Shown here: piece after piece, positions 9,823 through 19,567 of the stretch
Position numbering within the stretch: the first letter of the stretch is position 1
How the letters are laid out: each line of letters starts with the position of its first letter
Origin: Ruminococcus sp.
GTDB lineage: Bacteria; Bacillota; Clostridia; Oscillospirales; Ruminococcaceae
Direction of reading: 5' to 3'
NCBI GenBank assembly: GCA_017480865.1
Contig: JAFURN010000109.1
Location: 4,464-68,463, forward strand
Length of the DNA stretch: 64,000 nucleotides
Notes under the pieces: model-generated
Seen by the model: the letters and a program-made list of their open reading frames with translations, nothing else
Told to the model about the DNA's origin: nothing
The model's database searches: none
Position numbers and translations under genes: made by a program

Positions 9823-10236
9823 TTACTCCCATGTACGAAGCCACTTTTCAGTTTCTTCATCGACCTCTACAACAGTCTTATCGTTTACCCCCGGGGATTT
9901 GATAAACAGCACCTTGGTATCCGCCTTGTTTTTTGCTGCACAGGCAATTCCGGGCTGAAGCACAAAGAAATCGCCCTCATGAAATTCATACTCCGCTGCG
10001 CTTCCATCCAGCAGCTTCACCTTTACGCTGCCCTGAAGAATATAGGCATGCTCGGTCGCTGCAGGATGCATATGCGGCGTATCCGCCGTAAACTCCCGAT
10101 AATGGGATATGCCGATTTCAATATCATCCTCCACATGCTGTAAAAAAGGCTGCGGTCTGGACAGATGTCCGGTCAGGTACTGTCTGTATTCCTGCTCCAG
10201 TGCATAGTCAAGCGCACACTTTCTGATGATCTCCAT
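9823..10236 (-). CDS. Cupin-domain protein
   Basis: PHMHPAATEHAYILQG (HxH-x4-E-x6-G) and EGDFFVLQPG cupin motifs; start overlaps the TIR gene stop (TAATG). Confidence 0.85.
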   Translation of the reverse strand: MEIIRKCALDYALEQEYRQYLTGHLSRPQPFLQHVEDDIEIGISHYREFTADTPHMHPAATEHAYILQGSVKVKLLDGSAAEYEFHEGDFFVLQPGIACAAKNKADTKVLFIKSPGVNDKTVVEVDEETEKWLRTWE

Positions 10237-11462
10237 TACAAACCTCCTGACTTGTTTTCACGCCAATAATCTTCCCATTCCTTCAGCCATGCGCTGCCTT
10301 TGGATTGCACCAGCTGACTGGATTGCCGCATTGCGCTTTCTTTCAGATGCTCAAACTGCTTTTCCAGAAAACGGTAATTCTCCTCATTGTCCTTTTCAAA
10401 GAACAGCATGCTTCTTCGTTCCGAATTGGAATTCAGTCCTTCTGTATAAAGATCAATTTTTATGTGATTGAATTCCCGCCATGCATCCTTGTATATGATC
10501 TGAAAATAAGCAAAGGGAAGTACATTCTCTGTCAAAAAGTATTTAAAACGCCGCTCCTTCTTTGCAGTCCTATAGGGATCGATCTGAAAAAGCTGATTCA
10601 GACTTGCATAGGAACTCAAAAAAACAGCCTTCGGATTCTCTTCAAAGGAACTGTTCCCCAGCTTATAATTTGTAATCGAATCCTTTGCGGCAAATGAATC
10701 CGGCGCATTGGCAATCAGTACCATTGAAAAATCCTTATCCTGAAACAGATTGGATAAAATATGGAACATCATCCCGGCATCATAAACCTTATAATCCACC
10801 ATATCCCGATCCGGTGCAAACAACAGACTCGCCGCATAGCAGGACATATTGATGTGCTTGATCTGATTCACACCCTCAAACGGTACGTTTCGCTTCACAC
10901 AGTCGATCAGTTCTTTTCCGAACCGTCTTTCCAGAGTTGCGATATTATGCTCCATCTCCCAACGGGAAGTAACCAGCACATTCGATTTCCGGCATATCTC
11001 CTCCCGCCAGTTGTTTATCCCTTCCAGATCATCCGGCACAATGTCAGTCTGATACAGACGATCCATCTCATCGAAGAAATTCCGCATGCTGTTCTGAAGC
11101 GGATACCGCTGAAGTCTGAGCAGCTTCTGAATTTCCTTCGGCAGAACCTCCGGCATCTCAAAATCATCACTTTCCACTACCAGAATCTTTGCTTTGCTTT
11201 CAAATGCTGCCTTCAGTTCCTTGAAATAGAGATCATCCGGGTCGGATGGATCCAGACGATCCAGCGACCCCTTTGTCAGAACGCAGAGAAAATAGGGGAT
11301 CTGAGCGATCTGGTTCAGCACCTCTTCCTCATATTCAACCTGCCGCAGGGAGTACACATCCAGGAAAGGATTCATACCCTTTGCTTTGAAATAATCATAG
11401 ATCCTCCCTGCAAGATGCCTGTGATCATGTCTATGATTGATAAAAATGCCATAACGACTCAT
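10236..11462 (-). CDS. TIR-domain protein with uncharacterised C-terminal domain
   Basis: IFINHRH (cf. IFISYRR), PFLDVYSL, FLCVLTKGSL, FKELKAAF (Glu82 at the catalytic position), KILVV. Confidence 0.8.
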   Translation of the reverse strand: MSRYGIFINHRHDHRHLAGRIYDYFKAKGMNPFLDVYSLRQVEYEEEVLNQIAQIPYFLCVLTKGSLDRLDPSDPDDLYFKELKAAFESKAKILVVESDDFEMPEVLPKEIQKLLRLQRYPLQNSMRNFFDEMDRLYQTDIVPDDLEGINNWREEICRKSNVLVTSRWEMEHNIATLERRFGKELIDCVKRNVPFEGVNQIKHINMSCYAASLLFAPDRDMVDYKVYDAGMMFHILSNLFQDKDFSMVLIANAPDSFAAKDSITNYKLGNSSFEENPKAVFLSSYASLNQLFQIDPYRTAKKERRFKYFLTENVLPFAYFQIIYKDAWREFNHIKIDLYTEGLNSNSERRSMLFFEKDNEENYRFLEKQFEHLKESAMRQSSQLVQSKGSAWLKEWEDYWRENKSGGL

Positions 11463-11804
11463 TTTTCACTTACCTCAACTCATTTTATTCAGAAGCACCA
11501 TATGCATCAGGCAGCTGATGAAAACTTTTCATTCATTATATCATATCTGCTATGAAAAATCAACTGATTTTCAGGCAGGCATACGCCAGCTGCGCATATT
11601 GATCCGGATTGACGAATCCGATTATTTTTCACCCCCCAAGGCAAGAAGAAAACGGTGGCAGATGCTATAATATCAAACAGATACAAGACTGAATACACAC
11701 ACGAAAAACAAAGGTGTTATACTGCTGCACCTGAAAGGGCAGATCCTTCAGGGCCGGCATATGCAGCAGCTGACATAAATTCAATTATAAAGGAGATATC
11801 AGAA

Positions 11805-14159
11805 ATGATGAACAAAAAAACATTCCTGCAAAAAGCGATTTCTTTTGTCACAGCAGCGGCACTGATCATGACGATCGGAATCATACTGCCACAAGTCAGC
11901 GAACCGATTCAGGCATCCGCACTCACCAGCAGCGAGATCACGCAAAAGATGACCGCACTGCAATCAAAGTATCCTGCCGGGAAATACTGGAATCATGTTT
12001 CTGGTGAGGATTATGATGGATTTTCAGTCAGCAGCACCCCCTGCGGAACAAACGGTTATACATGTAATAAACTGTACAGCGGTTCACAGTGCTTTGCTTT
12101 TGCACGTCAAATGGCATTGGAGGTTTTTGGTTCGTATCCGGCATACGGCGTTTCCTGGGCGGAGGACCTCGGAACCGTCAGCAATGGATGGACAGCAATT
12201 ACCGACCCAAGCAAGGTAACACTGGAGCCCGGTGACATTATTCGTTCTGACTATAATTCCCATTCTGCAATGATCTGGAAGATAGAAGGCGAAAAAGTCT
12301 ATGTAGCACAGTGCTTCGGCGGAGTCGGATGTAAGATCAACTGGGGTACTTTCTGGGGAGATCACAATCTTAAAACGGTTTCCGAGCTTCTGGGTCCGGG
12401 CTTCAACGGCGTCTGGAAGCATCCTGACAGTACGATTGCGGATATTGACTATGAAGCATTCTCCGGCACCTACTACCTGAAAAACAAATCCACCGGCACC
12501 TACATGCACCTGGAGGGCAGTGACGCCAACAAATCCAACATCGGCGCAGCAGCCAAGCAGGAAACGGATGCCTTCAAGATGGTGATCACACCCATCAAAT
12601 CCGGCGACCCGGATCAGGGTCACTATATCGTTCCCAAGGGCTGTACCCGTGCAGTAAATCCCTATGCAACCACACCGACAAGCGGAACGAACGTCACGCT
12701 TTACGACAAGACCACGGACGGTCAGCAGTACTGGCTGTTCGAACCGGTGGACGGCGGCTATATCATCCATAACAAGTGGAATCAGAATCTGGTACTCAAT
12801 GTATCCGGCAGCAATGTAAATGTCACAACCAATACCGGTGCTGCTTCTCAGATCTGGACACTGGAAAAAGCAGATGTCACACTTTCTTCCATTGCGATCG
12901 ATCCTGATTCCATTGGTACGATCTATGAGGAAGGCTGTCCCTTTGATTTTTCAACCCTGTGCCTGACAGCAACCTACTCTGACGGTACGACAAAAACCCT
13001 CACCACCGGCTATGTTGCTCAATATCATACGAACACACATACACTCACTGTCACCTACGAGGATAAAACGACAACGCTGGACATTACTGTACAGGATCTC
13101 TTTGAGGGCAGCGGTACGGAATCTGATCCGTATCGGATCGGTACGGATGAAGATCTGAAAAACCTTGCGGATATGGTCAATCTCACTGCTGCAAATCCAT
13201 GCTACGGCAAAGCATACTACAAGCAGACAGCGGACATTGATCTGGGTCTGTATGACTGGAAGCCGATCGGATGGTTCTATGCAAATGAAGAAGCGACCTC
13301 GGTGGACAACAGAGCAGCATTCTACGGCCATTATGACGGCAACTATCATAAAATCACAAATCTGAAAATGGACTATGCAAAAAAATATGCAGGTCTGTTC
13401 GGCAGAGTCAATGGAGATGCAGTGGTTGAAAATCTCAGCGTACAGGGTACTGTTGCTTCATCCACCTGGTATGCCGGCGGCATTATTGGTGAGCTTGGTC
13501 ATGGCGGTACGATCCGCAACTGTGATTTCAGCGGTACAGTAACAGGAGAATGCCATGTTGGTGCAATTGCAGGTAAAATCTACAGAGGCGGCACGATCAG
13601 CAGCTGTTATGCAAATGCAGCGGTAACTGCCACCGCTGAAGAGGGTATTGCAGGCGGTATTCTGAGTATTGCGCAGATCAACGCAACGGACGATACGGTT
13701 GCTATCACAGTGGAGAACTGCTGCTTCGCAGGCAAGGTCAATGCTTCTGTCAATGGCGGCGTGGTTGCACAGACAGTAGTTGATGACGGTGCAGCGGCAG
13801 CACTTACGATCCATAACAGCTATTATCTGAACTCTGCATCCAGCGGCACAGAACAGCATGGCTGTATGAGTCTGATCTCCTCCCAGCTGAAAACGATCGC
13901 AGCCGACCTCGGCAGCCCTTATGTGGATAATCCCTATTCCACGCTCAATGATGGCTATCCTGTATTTGAATGGCAGCTTTTGATCGAGGGGGACGTGAAT
14001 GCTGACGGTGTTTTCTCTGTTGCGGATGCTGTCATGCTTCAGAAATGGATTTTGAACATCGGAGAAATCACCGACTGGTATGCAGGCGATCTGTGTAAGG
14101 ATGAAAAATTGAACGCACTTGACCTCTGCGCTATGAAACGTGCGCTCAGAAATGGCTGA
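11805..14159 (+). CDS. Secreted modular dockerin protein: CHAP/NlpC-like Cys-His domain, ricin-type lectin, Ig-like domain, GLUG-repeat region, dockerin
   Basis: Signal peptide; QCFAFA and PGDII..HSAMI; QYW/QIW ricin motifs; LTATYSDGT; GSGTESDPYRI, AGLFG, GGIIG; GDVNADGVFSVAD. Confidence 0.8.
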   Translation: MMNKKTFLQKAISFVTAAALIMTIGIILPQVSEPIQASALTSSEITQKMTALQSKYPAGKYWNHVSGEDYDGFSVSSTPCGTNGYTCNKLYSGSQCFAFARQMALEVFGSYPAYGVSWAEDLGTVSNGWTAITDPSKVTLEPGDIIRSDYNSHSAMIWKIEGEKVYVAQCFGGVGCKINWGTFWGDHNLKTVSELLGPGFNGVWKHPDSTIADIDYEAFSGTYYLKNKSTGTYMHLEGSDANKSNIGAAAKQETDAFKMVITPIKSGDPDQGHYIVPKGCTRAVNPYATTPTSGTNVTLYDKTTDGQQYWLFEPVDGGYIIHNKWNQNLVLNVSGSNVNVTTNTGAASQIWTLEKADVTLSSIAIDPDSIGTIYEEGCPFDFSTLCLTATYSDGTTKTLTTGYVAQYHTNTHTLTVTYEDKTTTLDITVQDLFEGSGTESDPYRIGTDEDLKNLADMVNLTAANPCYGKAYYKQTADIDLGLYDWKPIGWFYANEEATSVDNRAAFYGHYDGNYHKITNLKMDYAKKYAGLFGRVNGDAVVENLSVQGTVASSTWYAGGIIGELGHGGTIRNCDFSGTVTGECHVGAIAGKIYRGGTISSCYANAAVTATAEEGIAGGILSIAQINATDDTVAITVENCCFAGKVNASVNGGVVAQTVVDDGAAAALTIHNSYYLNSASSGTEQHGCMSLISSQLKTIAADLGSPYVDNPYSTLNDGYPVFEWQLLIEGDVNADGVFSVADAVMLQKWILNIGEITDWYAGDLCKDEKLNALDLCAMKRALRNG

Positions 14160-14279
14160 TCCGCATATCGAATCTGATTCCGATGTAAGGGGATAATAAA
14201 AACCTCCGCAGGCATTAGGTGTATAGCGATACAGAAGTTTTCACAAACATCGTATAAAACTTAATACAGCGGACTATGA

Positions 14280-14318
14280 AAAGCCAGCCCTGCAGCGCAA
14301 TGCTGCAGGGCTGGCTTT
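14280..14318. terminator. Intrinsic terminator between convergent genes
   Basis: AAAGCCAGCCCTGCAGC-GCAAT-GCTGCAGGGCTGGCTTT. Confidence 0.85.
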
Positions 14319-14339
14319 ATGTTAGCAATTATTGTTTAC

Positions 14340-16100
14340 CTAAATAATTTCCGCTTTAGTTTTTCTACTATTCCAGCCAATCGTATTTTCACGCATTGTA
14401 ACAAAATTGCGGTAAATTCCGTTTTTGCTCATAAGCATATCGTGATTTCCTTCCTCTGCAATACTGCCGTCCTTGATCACGAGGATCTGATCAGCATTTC
14501 TGATCGTCCCCAGTCTGTGGGCGATCACAATCAGTGTTTTACCCTTGCAAAGTTCACTGATTGCCTGCTGGATATAGCTTTCATTGTCTGCGTCAACGCT
14601 TGCTGTCGCTTCATCAAGGATCACTATGGGAGCGTCCTTTAAGATACAGCGTGCAATAGAAATTCTCTGCTTTTCTCCACCTGAAAGACTTGCACCGCCC
14701 TCGCCGACTACGGTCTGAAATCCGTCAGGAAGAGCCATGATAAAATCATAACAGCGAGCTTTTTTGGCTGCGGCATAAACCTCTTCTTCGGTTGCGTCAG
14801 GCTTGCCCATGATGATGTTGTTATAGATGGTATCCTGGAACAGATAAACCCTCTGGAACACCATACTGATATGATCCATCACCTCGGACAGCGGAACATT
14901 TCTGATATCAGTTCCCCTTATCTTTATACTGCCGGATTTCACATCCCAGAAGCGTGCAAGAAGATTGGCAACGGTAGATTTACCGCCTCCGGAAGGTCCC
15001 ACAAGAGCGAGCATATTATTCTTTTCAAGTGAAAAGCTGATATTGTGAAGCACTTCTTTTTTGTCATAGGCAAAACTTACATTTTCAAACTCGATTTCAT
15101 TTCTGCCTGTTTCGGAAAGGACTTCTGTGCCGCTGTCATTAAGCTCAGCCTCGCGGAATACCTCCTCAATTCGGTCCATACAGCTGTTCATAACAGTAAG
15201 TCTTGTACTCTGTGCATACAGAGCCTTGAGCGGTCCGAAAACTTCAAATACAAACAGCATAAGTCCGATAAAGCCCATTGTGTCGAGCATATCGTTGTAA
15301 TGCAGCAGAACAGCCAGTGCCATGACCGCCACGCTGCCAAGGGAGCTTACAAGATTGATCGCTCTCTGCCAGGGGGTATGCGCTTCCTCGAAATGCAGCA
15401 TTACATCACAGCTTTTCTGAAAGTTGTCAGTCAGCTCCTTTGACTTTTCGCCAAGCAGGTTGTAGGTCTTGATAATGCCGATACCCTCAGTAAAATCCAG
15501 CACTGCTTCGGTGAGATTTTCGTTCTGCTGCTGACGATGGTGTGAGTCCTCAACAGCCTCTTTTTTCATTCCATTGCCGATAAGAATCAGCACGAAAACA
15601 ACTGCCGCCGCAAGCAGTCCTATCCAGACATTGAAGAACATCATAAACACAACGAATATCGCCGTCGAGAAGATGTAGTTCATAAGGTCGGCTAGAACAT
15701 TCATACAGTTTTCTTCGATAAAAACCATATCCGAGGAAAGTACGGAGCTGATCTTGCCGATGTTGCCCTCTGTGAAATATCCCATGGGCATTTTGCGGAG
15801 ATGTCTGCCAAGCTCCATTCGCTTTTCGGAAAATACCATAAAGCCTGCCGCAGACTGAAGTCTGTCTGTGATGTGATGAAATATTATCTGCAATACAAGA
15901 CACACGACCATTGCAATTCCAAGACCGATACAAAGACCTACATCTGCCTTACCCGAAACAAAGGACATGATCGCAATGGTTGACAGCATAATCGGAGCCT
16001 TTGCTATGAAAGTTTTGAGGAATGCAAACACCATGGCAAGCTGAATATTCTTTTTGTATCTTCCCGAAGTGTTCAGTATTCTTTTGATCAGTGAAATCAT
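14340..16100 (-). CDS. ABC transporter fused permease/ATPase (YbtQ/IrtB-like)
   Basis: TM N-half, GPSGGGKST, LSGGEKQRISIAR, LDEATASVD. Confidence 0.9.
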   Translation of the reverse strand: MISLIKRILNTSGRYKKNIQLAMVFAFLKTFIAKAPIMLSTIAIMSFVSGKADVGLCIGLGIAMVVCLVLQIIFHHITDRLQSAAGFMVFSEKRMELGRHLRKMPMGYFTEGNIGKISSVLSSDMVFIEENCMNVLADLMNYIFSTAIFVVFMMFFNVWIGLLAAAVVFVLILIGNGMKKEAVEDSHHRQQQNENLTEAVLDFTEGIGIIKTYNLLGEKSKELTDNFQKSCDVMLHFEEAHTPWQRAINLVSSLGSVAVMALAVLLHYNDMLDTMGFIGLMLFVFEVFGPLKALYAQSTRLTVMNSCMDRIEEVFREAELNDSGTEVLSETGRNEIEFENVSFAYDKKEVLHNISFSLEKNNMLALVGPSGGGKSTVANLLARFWDVKSGSIKIRGTDIRNVPLSEVMDHISMVFQRVYLFQDTIYNNIIMGKPDATEEEVYAAAKKARCYDFIMALPDGFQTVVGEGGASLSGGEKQRISIARCILKDAPIVILDEATASVDADNESYIQQAISELCKGKTLIVIAHRLGTIRNADQILVIKDGSIAEEGNHDMLMSKNGIYRNFVTMRENTIGWNSRKTKAEII

Positions 16101-17845
16101 ACCTTCGCCTCCTTTGAAGATGCAACATTCCAGTTTGCGCTTCCCTCTGCCGCCTGCCAGAGCTGCTGATATTCTGCGCAGCTTTTCAGCAGATTTTCGT
16201 GCGTATCAGCTGTTACAAGCTCACCGTTTTTCATCACGCATATTTTATCTGCTCCCACAATCGAATGAAGCCTATGCGCAATTACAATGACTGTTTTGTC
16301 AGCGATAATTTCAGCGATTGCACGATTCATTTTGTCCTCGTTTTCAGGGTCCATAAATGCAGTGGCCTCGTCAAGTACAACAATGGGAGCATTTTTCAGA
16401 ATCGCTCTTGCAAGGGAAATTCTTTGACGCTCGCCGCCAGAAAGCATTTTACCGCCGTCGCCCGCCATAGTGTGGAGACCCTTTTCAAGACGTGCAAGGA
16501 ACTCTCCGCACTGTGCCTTTTCAGCCGCCGCCATGACCTCATCATCTGATGCATCGGGTTTGCCAAGACGGATATTTTCCAGCAGACTCATATTGAACAA
16601 AAACTGCTCCTGCGAAACATAGGAGATCTCGTTGTTGAGTGCTTCAATGCTCATATCTCGGATGTCCTGACCGCCGATCTTTATGCTTCCATCCGTCACA
16701 TCATAAAAATGCACAAGCAGCTTGGCAAGAGTAGATTTACCGCTTCCCGATTCACCCACAAGTGCAACAAGCTGACCTTCCTTTACATCAAGAGAAACGC
16801 CATGCAGGACTTCAGTTGCCTCATAAGCAAAGCGTACATTTTCAAAGCTGATTGAGTGGTCTTTTCCGCTGAATGGTGCATCTGTCTGCTTTAACGGCTC
16901 GTTAGCCATCAGTGCTTCAAGCTGCCCGATCTTATAGCTTACGACCGGAAGCGTCGGCACAAAGCTGAGCGCACGCAGAAGCGGTGTACCGATCGCAAAG
17001 CTCATACATAAAGTCAGCACAAGGTCAGGAAGCGCAGACCAGCCCTGCATGACAAAAAACGCACCGAAAGGCAGCAAAAATAACGCAATGCAGGGAAGGA
17101 CGCTGTTATACACAGCCATCCACGGCCAGCAGACCTTATACCACGCAAGAGTAAAATCACGATAGCTTTTTATATCTGTCTCATAACGCTGATAAGATTC
17201 GCCGTCACGGTTGAATACCTTGACGACCTCCATACCGTTGATGTATTCGACAATGGTGTTGTTCATCTTCTGTGCAGAGGCATAATATTTACCCATTTTG
17301 CCTGTTCCCGAAGCATACATCATCTTCATCGCAAGCATACCGAGCGGAAGTGCAAGAAGTGCTAAAAGTGCAAGCTTCCAGTCAACGACAAACATACCGA
17401 CAATCATTATCACAGGAATCGCAATATTGGCAAAGCCCTCAGGCATAGCGTGAGCAAGTACAAGTTCCAATGCCTCAATGTCCTCAACGAACATCTTCTT
17501 TATCGTACCCGTGCCCTTTTCCTGGATAACGCCGAGAGGCATTTTTTCAAGCTTCCCCTGTAATGAGGCACGGAGATTTTTCAGCGTGTTGAATGCACTG
17601 ATATGCGAGAAAACAAGACCCTTTACATATAAAACGGAATAAAGAATGACACAGACTGCTATCACCGCAGCACGCCAAATGATTCCCACATTGTCGATCT
17701 CACCATAGCCAAGTGCAGGACAGATCAGCTGATACAGAAACAGATAGGGCAGAGCGTTTACTGCAACCGCAAGAAACAAGACTATCATAGCTTTATATGT
17801 AGTTCTGCGGTATTCGCCTGTGTATTCAAGTGCCTTTTTAAACAA
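16097..17845 (-). CDS. ABC transporter fused permease/ATPase (YbtP/IrtA-like)
   Basis: SHISAF, VEYINGMEVVKVF, GESGSGKST, LSGGERQRISLAR, LDEATAFMDPENE. Confidence 0.9.
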   Translation of the reverse strand: MFKKALEYTGEYRRTTYKAMIVLFLAVAVNALPYLFLYQLICPALGYGEIDNVGIIWRAAVIAVCVILYSVLYVKGLVFSHISAFNTLKNLRASLQGKLEKMPLGVIQEKGTGTIKKMFVEDIEALELVLAHAMPEGFANIAIPVIMIVGMFVVDWKLALLALLALPLGMLAMKMMYASGTGKMGKYYASAQKMNNTIVEYINGMEVVKVFNRDGESYQRYETDIKSYRDFTLAWYKVCWPWMAVYNSVLPCIALFLLPFGAFFVMQGWSALPDLVLTLCMSFAIGTPLLRALSFVPTLPVVSYKIGQLEALMANEPLKQTDAPFSGKDHSISFENVRFAYEATEVLHGVSLDVKEGQLVALVGESGSGKSTLAKLLVHFYDVTDGSIKIGGQDIRDMSIEALNNEISYVSQEQFLFNMSLLENIRLGKPDASDDEVMAAAEKAQCGEFLARLEKGLHTMAGDGGKMLSGGERQRISLARAILKNAPIVVLDEATAFMDPENEDKMNRAIAEIIADKTVIVIAHRLHSIVGADKICVMKNGELVTADTHENLLKSCAEYQQLWQAAEGSANWNVASSKEAKV

Positions 17846-17903
17846 AGCAAAAAACTCCTTTCAAGAGAATAAATGGGCACGACTGAGCCGTGCCCAAAAT
17901 CAC

Positions 17904-19538
17904 TTATTTCATATCAATGCTTGCAACATCAACATACTGACTGTCGTAGCCGTAGGTATAGCCTGCAACCTTCTCCGCATTGTATGCAAAGGTTTCGTGA
18001 GTGAAGCTCAGCGGAACAGCAAGATTTTCATCAGCAATTGTTGTAAGAACTGTCTTGTAGATTTCTTCTACTCTTGCAAGATCAGCTGTGCTGTCTACCT
18101 CTGTAAGAAGCTCCTGACCGATGAAGGGTGCATACTGTGCCATAACAGGGTCAGCAGAGTTATTCGGATTCATATTTGTAATCACTGTACTCGGGTCATA
18201 AGCACCGCCTGTTGTTTTCCAGAGGGCGAGATTGTATGTACCCGCCATAACATCGCCGTACCAGGTCATCATATCTCCTCCCTTTGCAGTCACAGAGAAG
18301 CCAACCGCTTCAAGCTGTGCCTTTACAGCAAGAACGGCGTTTTCAACGGCAGTCAACTCATTTGTGTATGTAAGCACGATTTCAAGCTTTGTGCCATCCT
18401 TTTCACGGATACCGTCACCGTCAGAGTCAACCCAGCCTGCACCCTCAAGAAGTGATTTTGCCTTTTCAATATCGGTGGCGTAGGTAGTTGTTTCTACATC
18501 ACAATAAGGAAGGCTTGTGGGAAGCAGCGTTTCAGCAGCGGATTCAATGCCGTTGAAGATGGACGTTTCAAGTGCCTGCTGGTCAACCGCATAAGCGACT
18601 GCCTCTCTTACATCTGCATGATCAAAGGGAGCAGTATTCATATTAAAGCCGAGAAGTCTTGTTAAAGTAGAGCCTTCTGCAATAGAAGTACCGTAAGCAC
18701 TGTCGCCCCTGAGAGAGTCAAACGAATCATAGCCAAGACGTGAAGAACCGACAATACCGTCAATTTCTCCGTTTCTCAGAGCCAGCACCTTTGAATCATT
18801 TTCGGGAATCACCTTAATGCTGAAGCTGTCAACCTCTGGAGCTTCTCCCCAGTAATTAGGATTGCGGACAAATGTATAGGTTGTTCCGTCATAGTCGCCT
18901 GCGTACATATAAGGACCTGTGCCGTTTGTTGCGGCGGAAAGAATTGAGTAAGCATTTTCATCTCCGCCCTCGAAAGCCTTGGGATTAACAATGGCAAGCG
19001 GACAACTCATAGAAAGATCGTTAAGTGCTGCGTAGTAAGGTGTGGAAAGTGTCATCACAAAAGTGCTGTCATCAGGAGCATCCATTGAAGCGATGAGTGC
19101 TGTAAGTCTGCCGTATGTACCGTTATACATTCCAAGATTTGTGATGGAAGCCTGAATGCTTTGCTTTACCATATCTGCGGTAAGCACCGTACCGTCAGAG
19201 AACTTTACACCCTCACGGATTTTGAAAGTATATGTAAGACCGTCCTCGCTGATTTCCCAGCTTTCCGCAAGAGAGCCTACAAGCTCACCTTCGGGAGTGT
19301 ACTTGACGAGAGTATCATAGAAATTGTGTGTCCAGTAAATGATACCATAGTTTGTGGTATTTGAGGGAGTAATAACAGGATAGAAGCCTGATTCAAAATC
19401 CCAGTTTTCGGTAAGTGTAATCGTCTTTGGTGCATCACCTTCAGTACCGCTGTTTTCCGCTGTTTCGTTACTGCAAGCCGCAAGACTGAGACAGAGCATA
19501 GCTGCTGTTAAAGCCGCTGTAATTCTTTTAGTTTTCAT
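17904..19538 (-). CDS. Family 5 ABC substrate-binding lipoprotein (NikA/CntA-like)
   Basis: Lipobox LAAC, LAESWEISEDGLTYTFKIREGVKFSDG, GTGPY, DGDGIREKDG. Confidence 0.88.
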   Translation of the reverse strand: MKTKRITAALTAAMLCLSLAACSNETAENSGTEGDAPKTITLTENWDFESGFYPVITPSNTTNYGIIYWTHNFYDTLVKYTPEGELVGSLAESWEISEDGLTYTFKIREGVKFSDGTVLTADMVKQSIQASITNLGMYNGTYGRLTALIASMDAPDDSTFVMTLSTPYYAALNDLSMSCPLAIVNPKAFEGGDENAYSILSAATNGTGPYMYAGDYDGTTYTFVRNPNYWGEAPEVDSFSIKVIPENDSKVLALRNGEIDGIVGSSRLGYDSFDSLRGDSAYGTSIAEGSTLTRLLGFNMNTAPFDHADVREAVAYAVDQQALETSIFNGIESAAETLLPTSLPYCDVETTTYATDIEKAKSLLEGAGWVDSDGDGIREKDGTKLEIVLTYTNELTAVENAVLAVKAQLEAVGFSVTAKGGDMMTWYGDVMAGTYNLALWKTTGGAYDPSTVITNMNPNNSADPVMAQYAPFIGQELLTEVDSTADLARVEEIYKTVLTTIADENLAVPLSFTHETFAYNAEKVAGYTYGYDSQYVDVASIDMK

Positions 19539-19567
19539 AGTAGTCCTCCTGAAAATAAATTGTATAA

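Noticed and set aside
10236-11462. Calling the TIR gene Thoeris ThsB or a CBASS effector
   Set aside because: No ThsA (SIR2/SLOG or TM-Macro), cyclase, STING/SAVED domain or Argonaute nearby.
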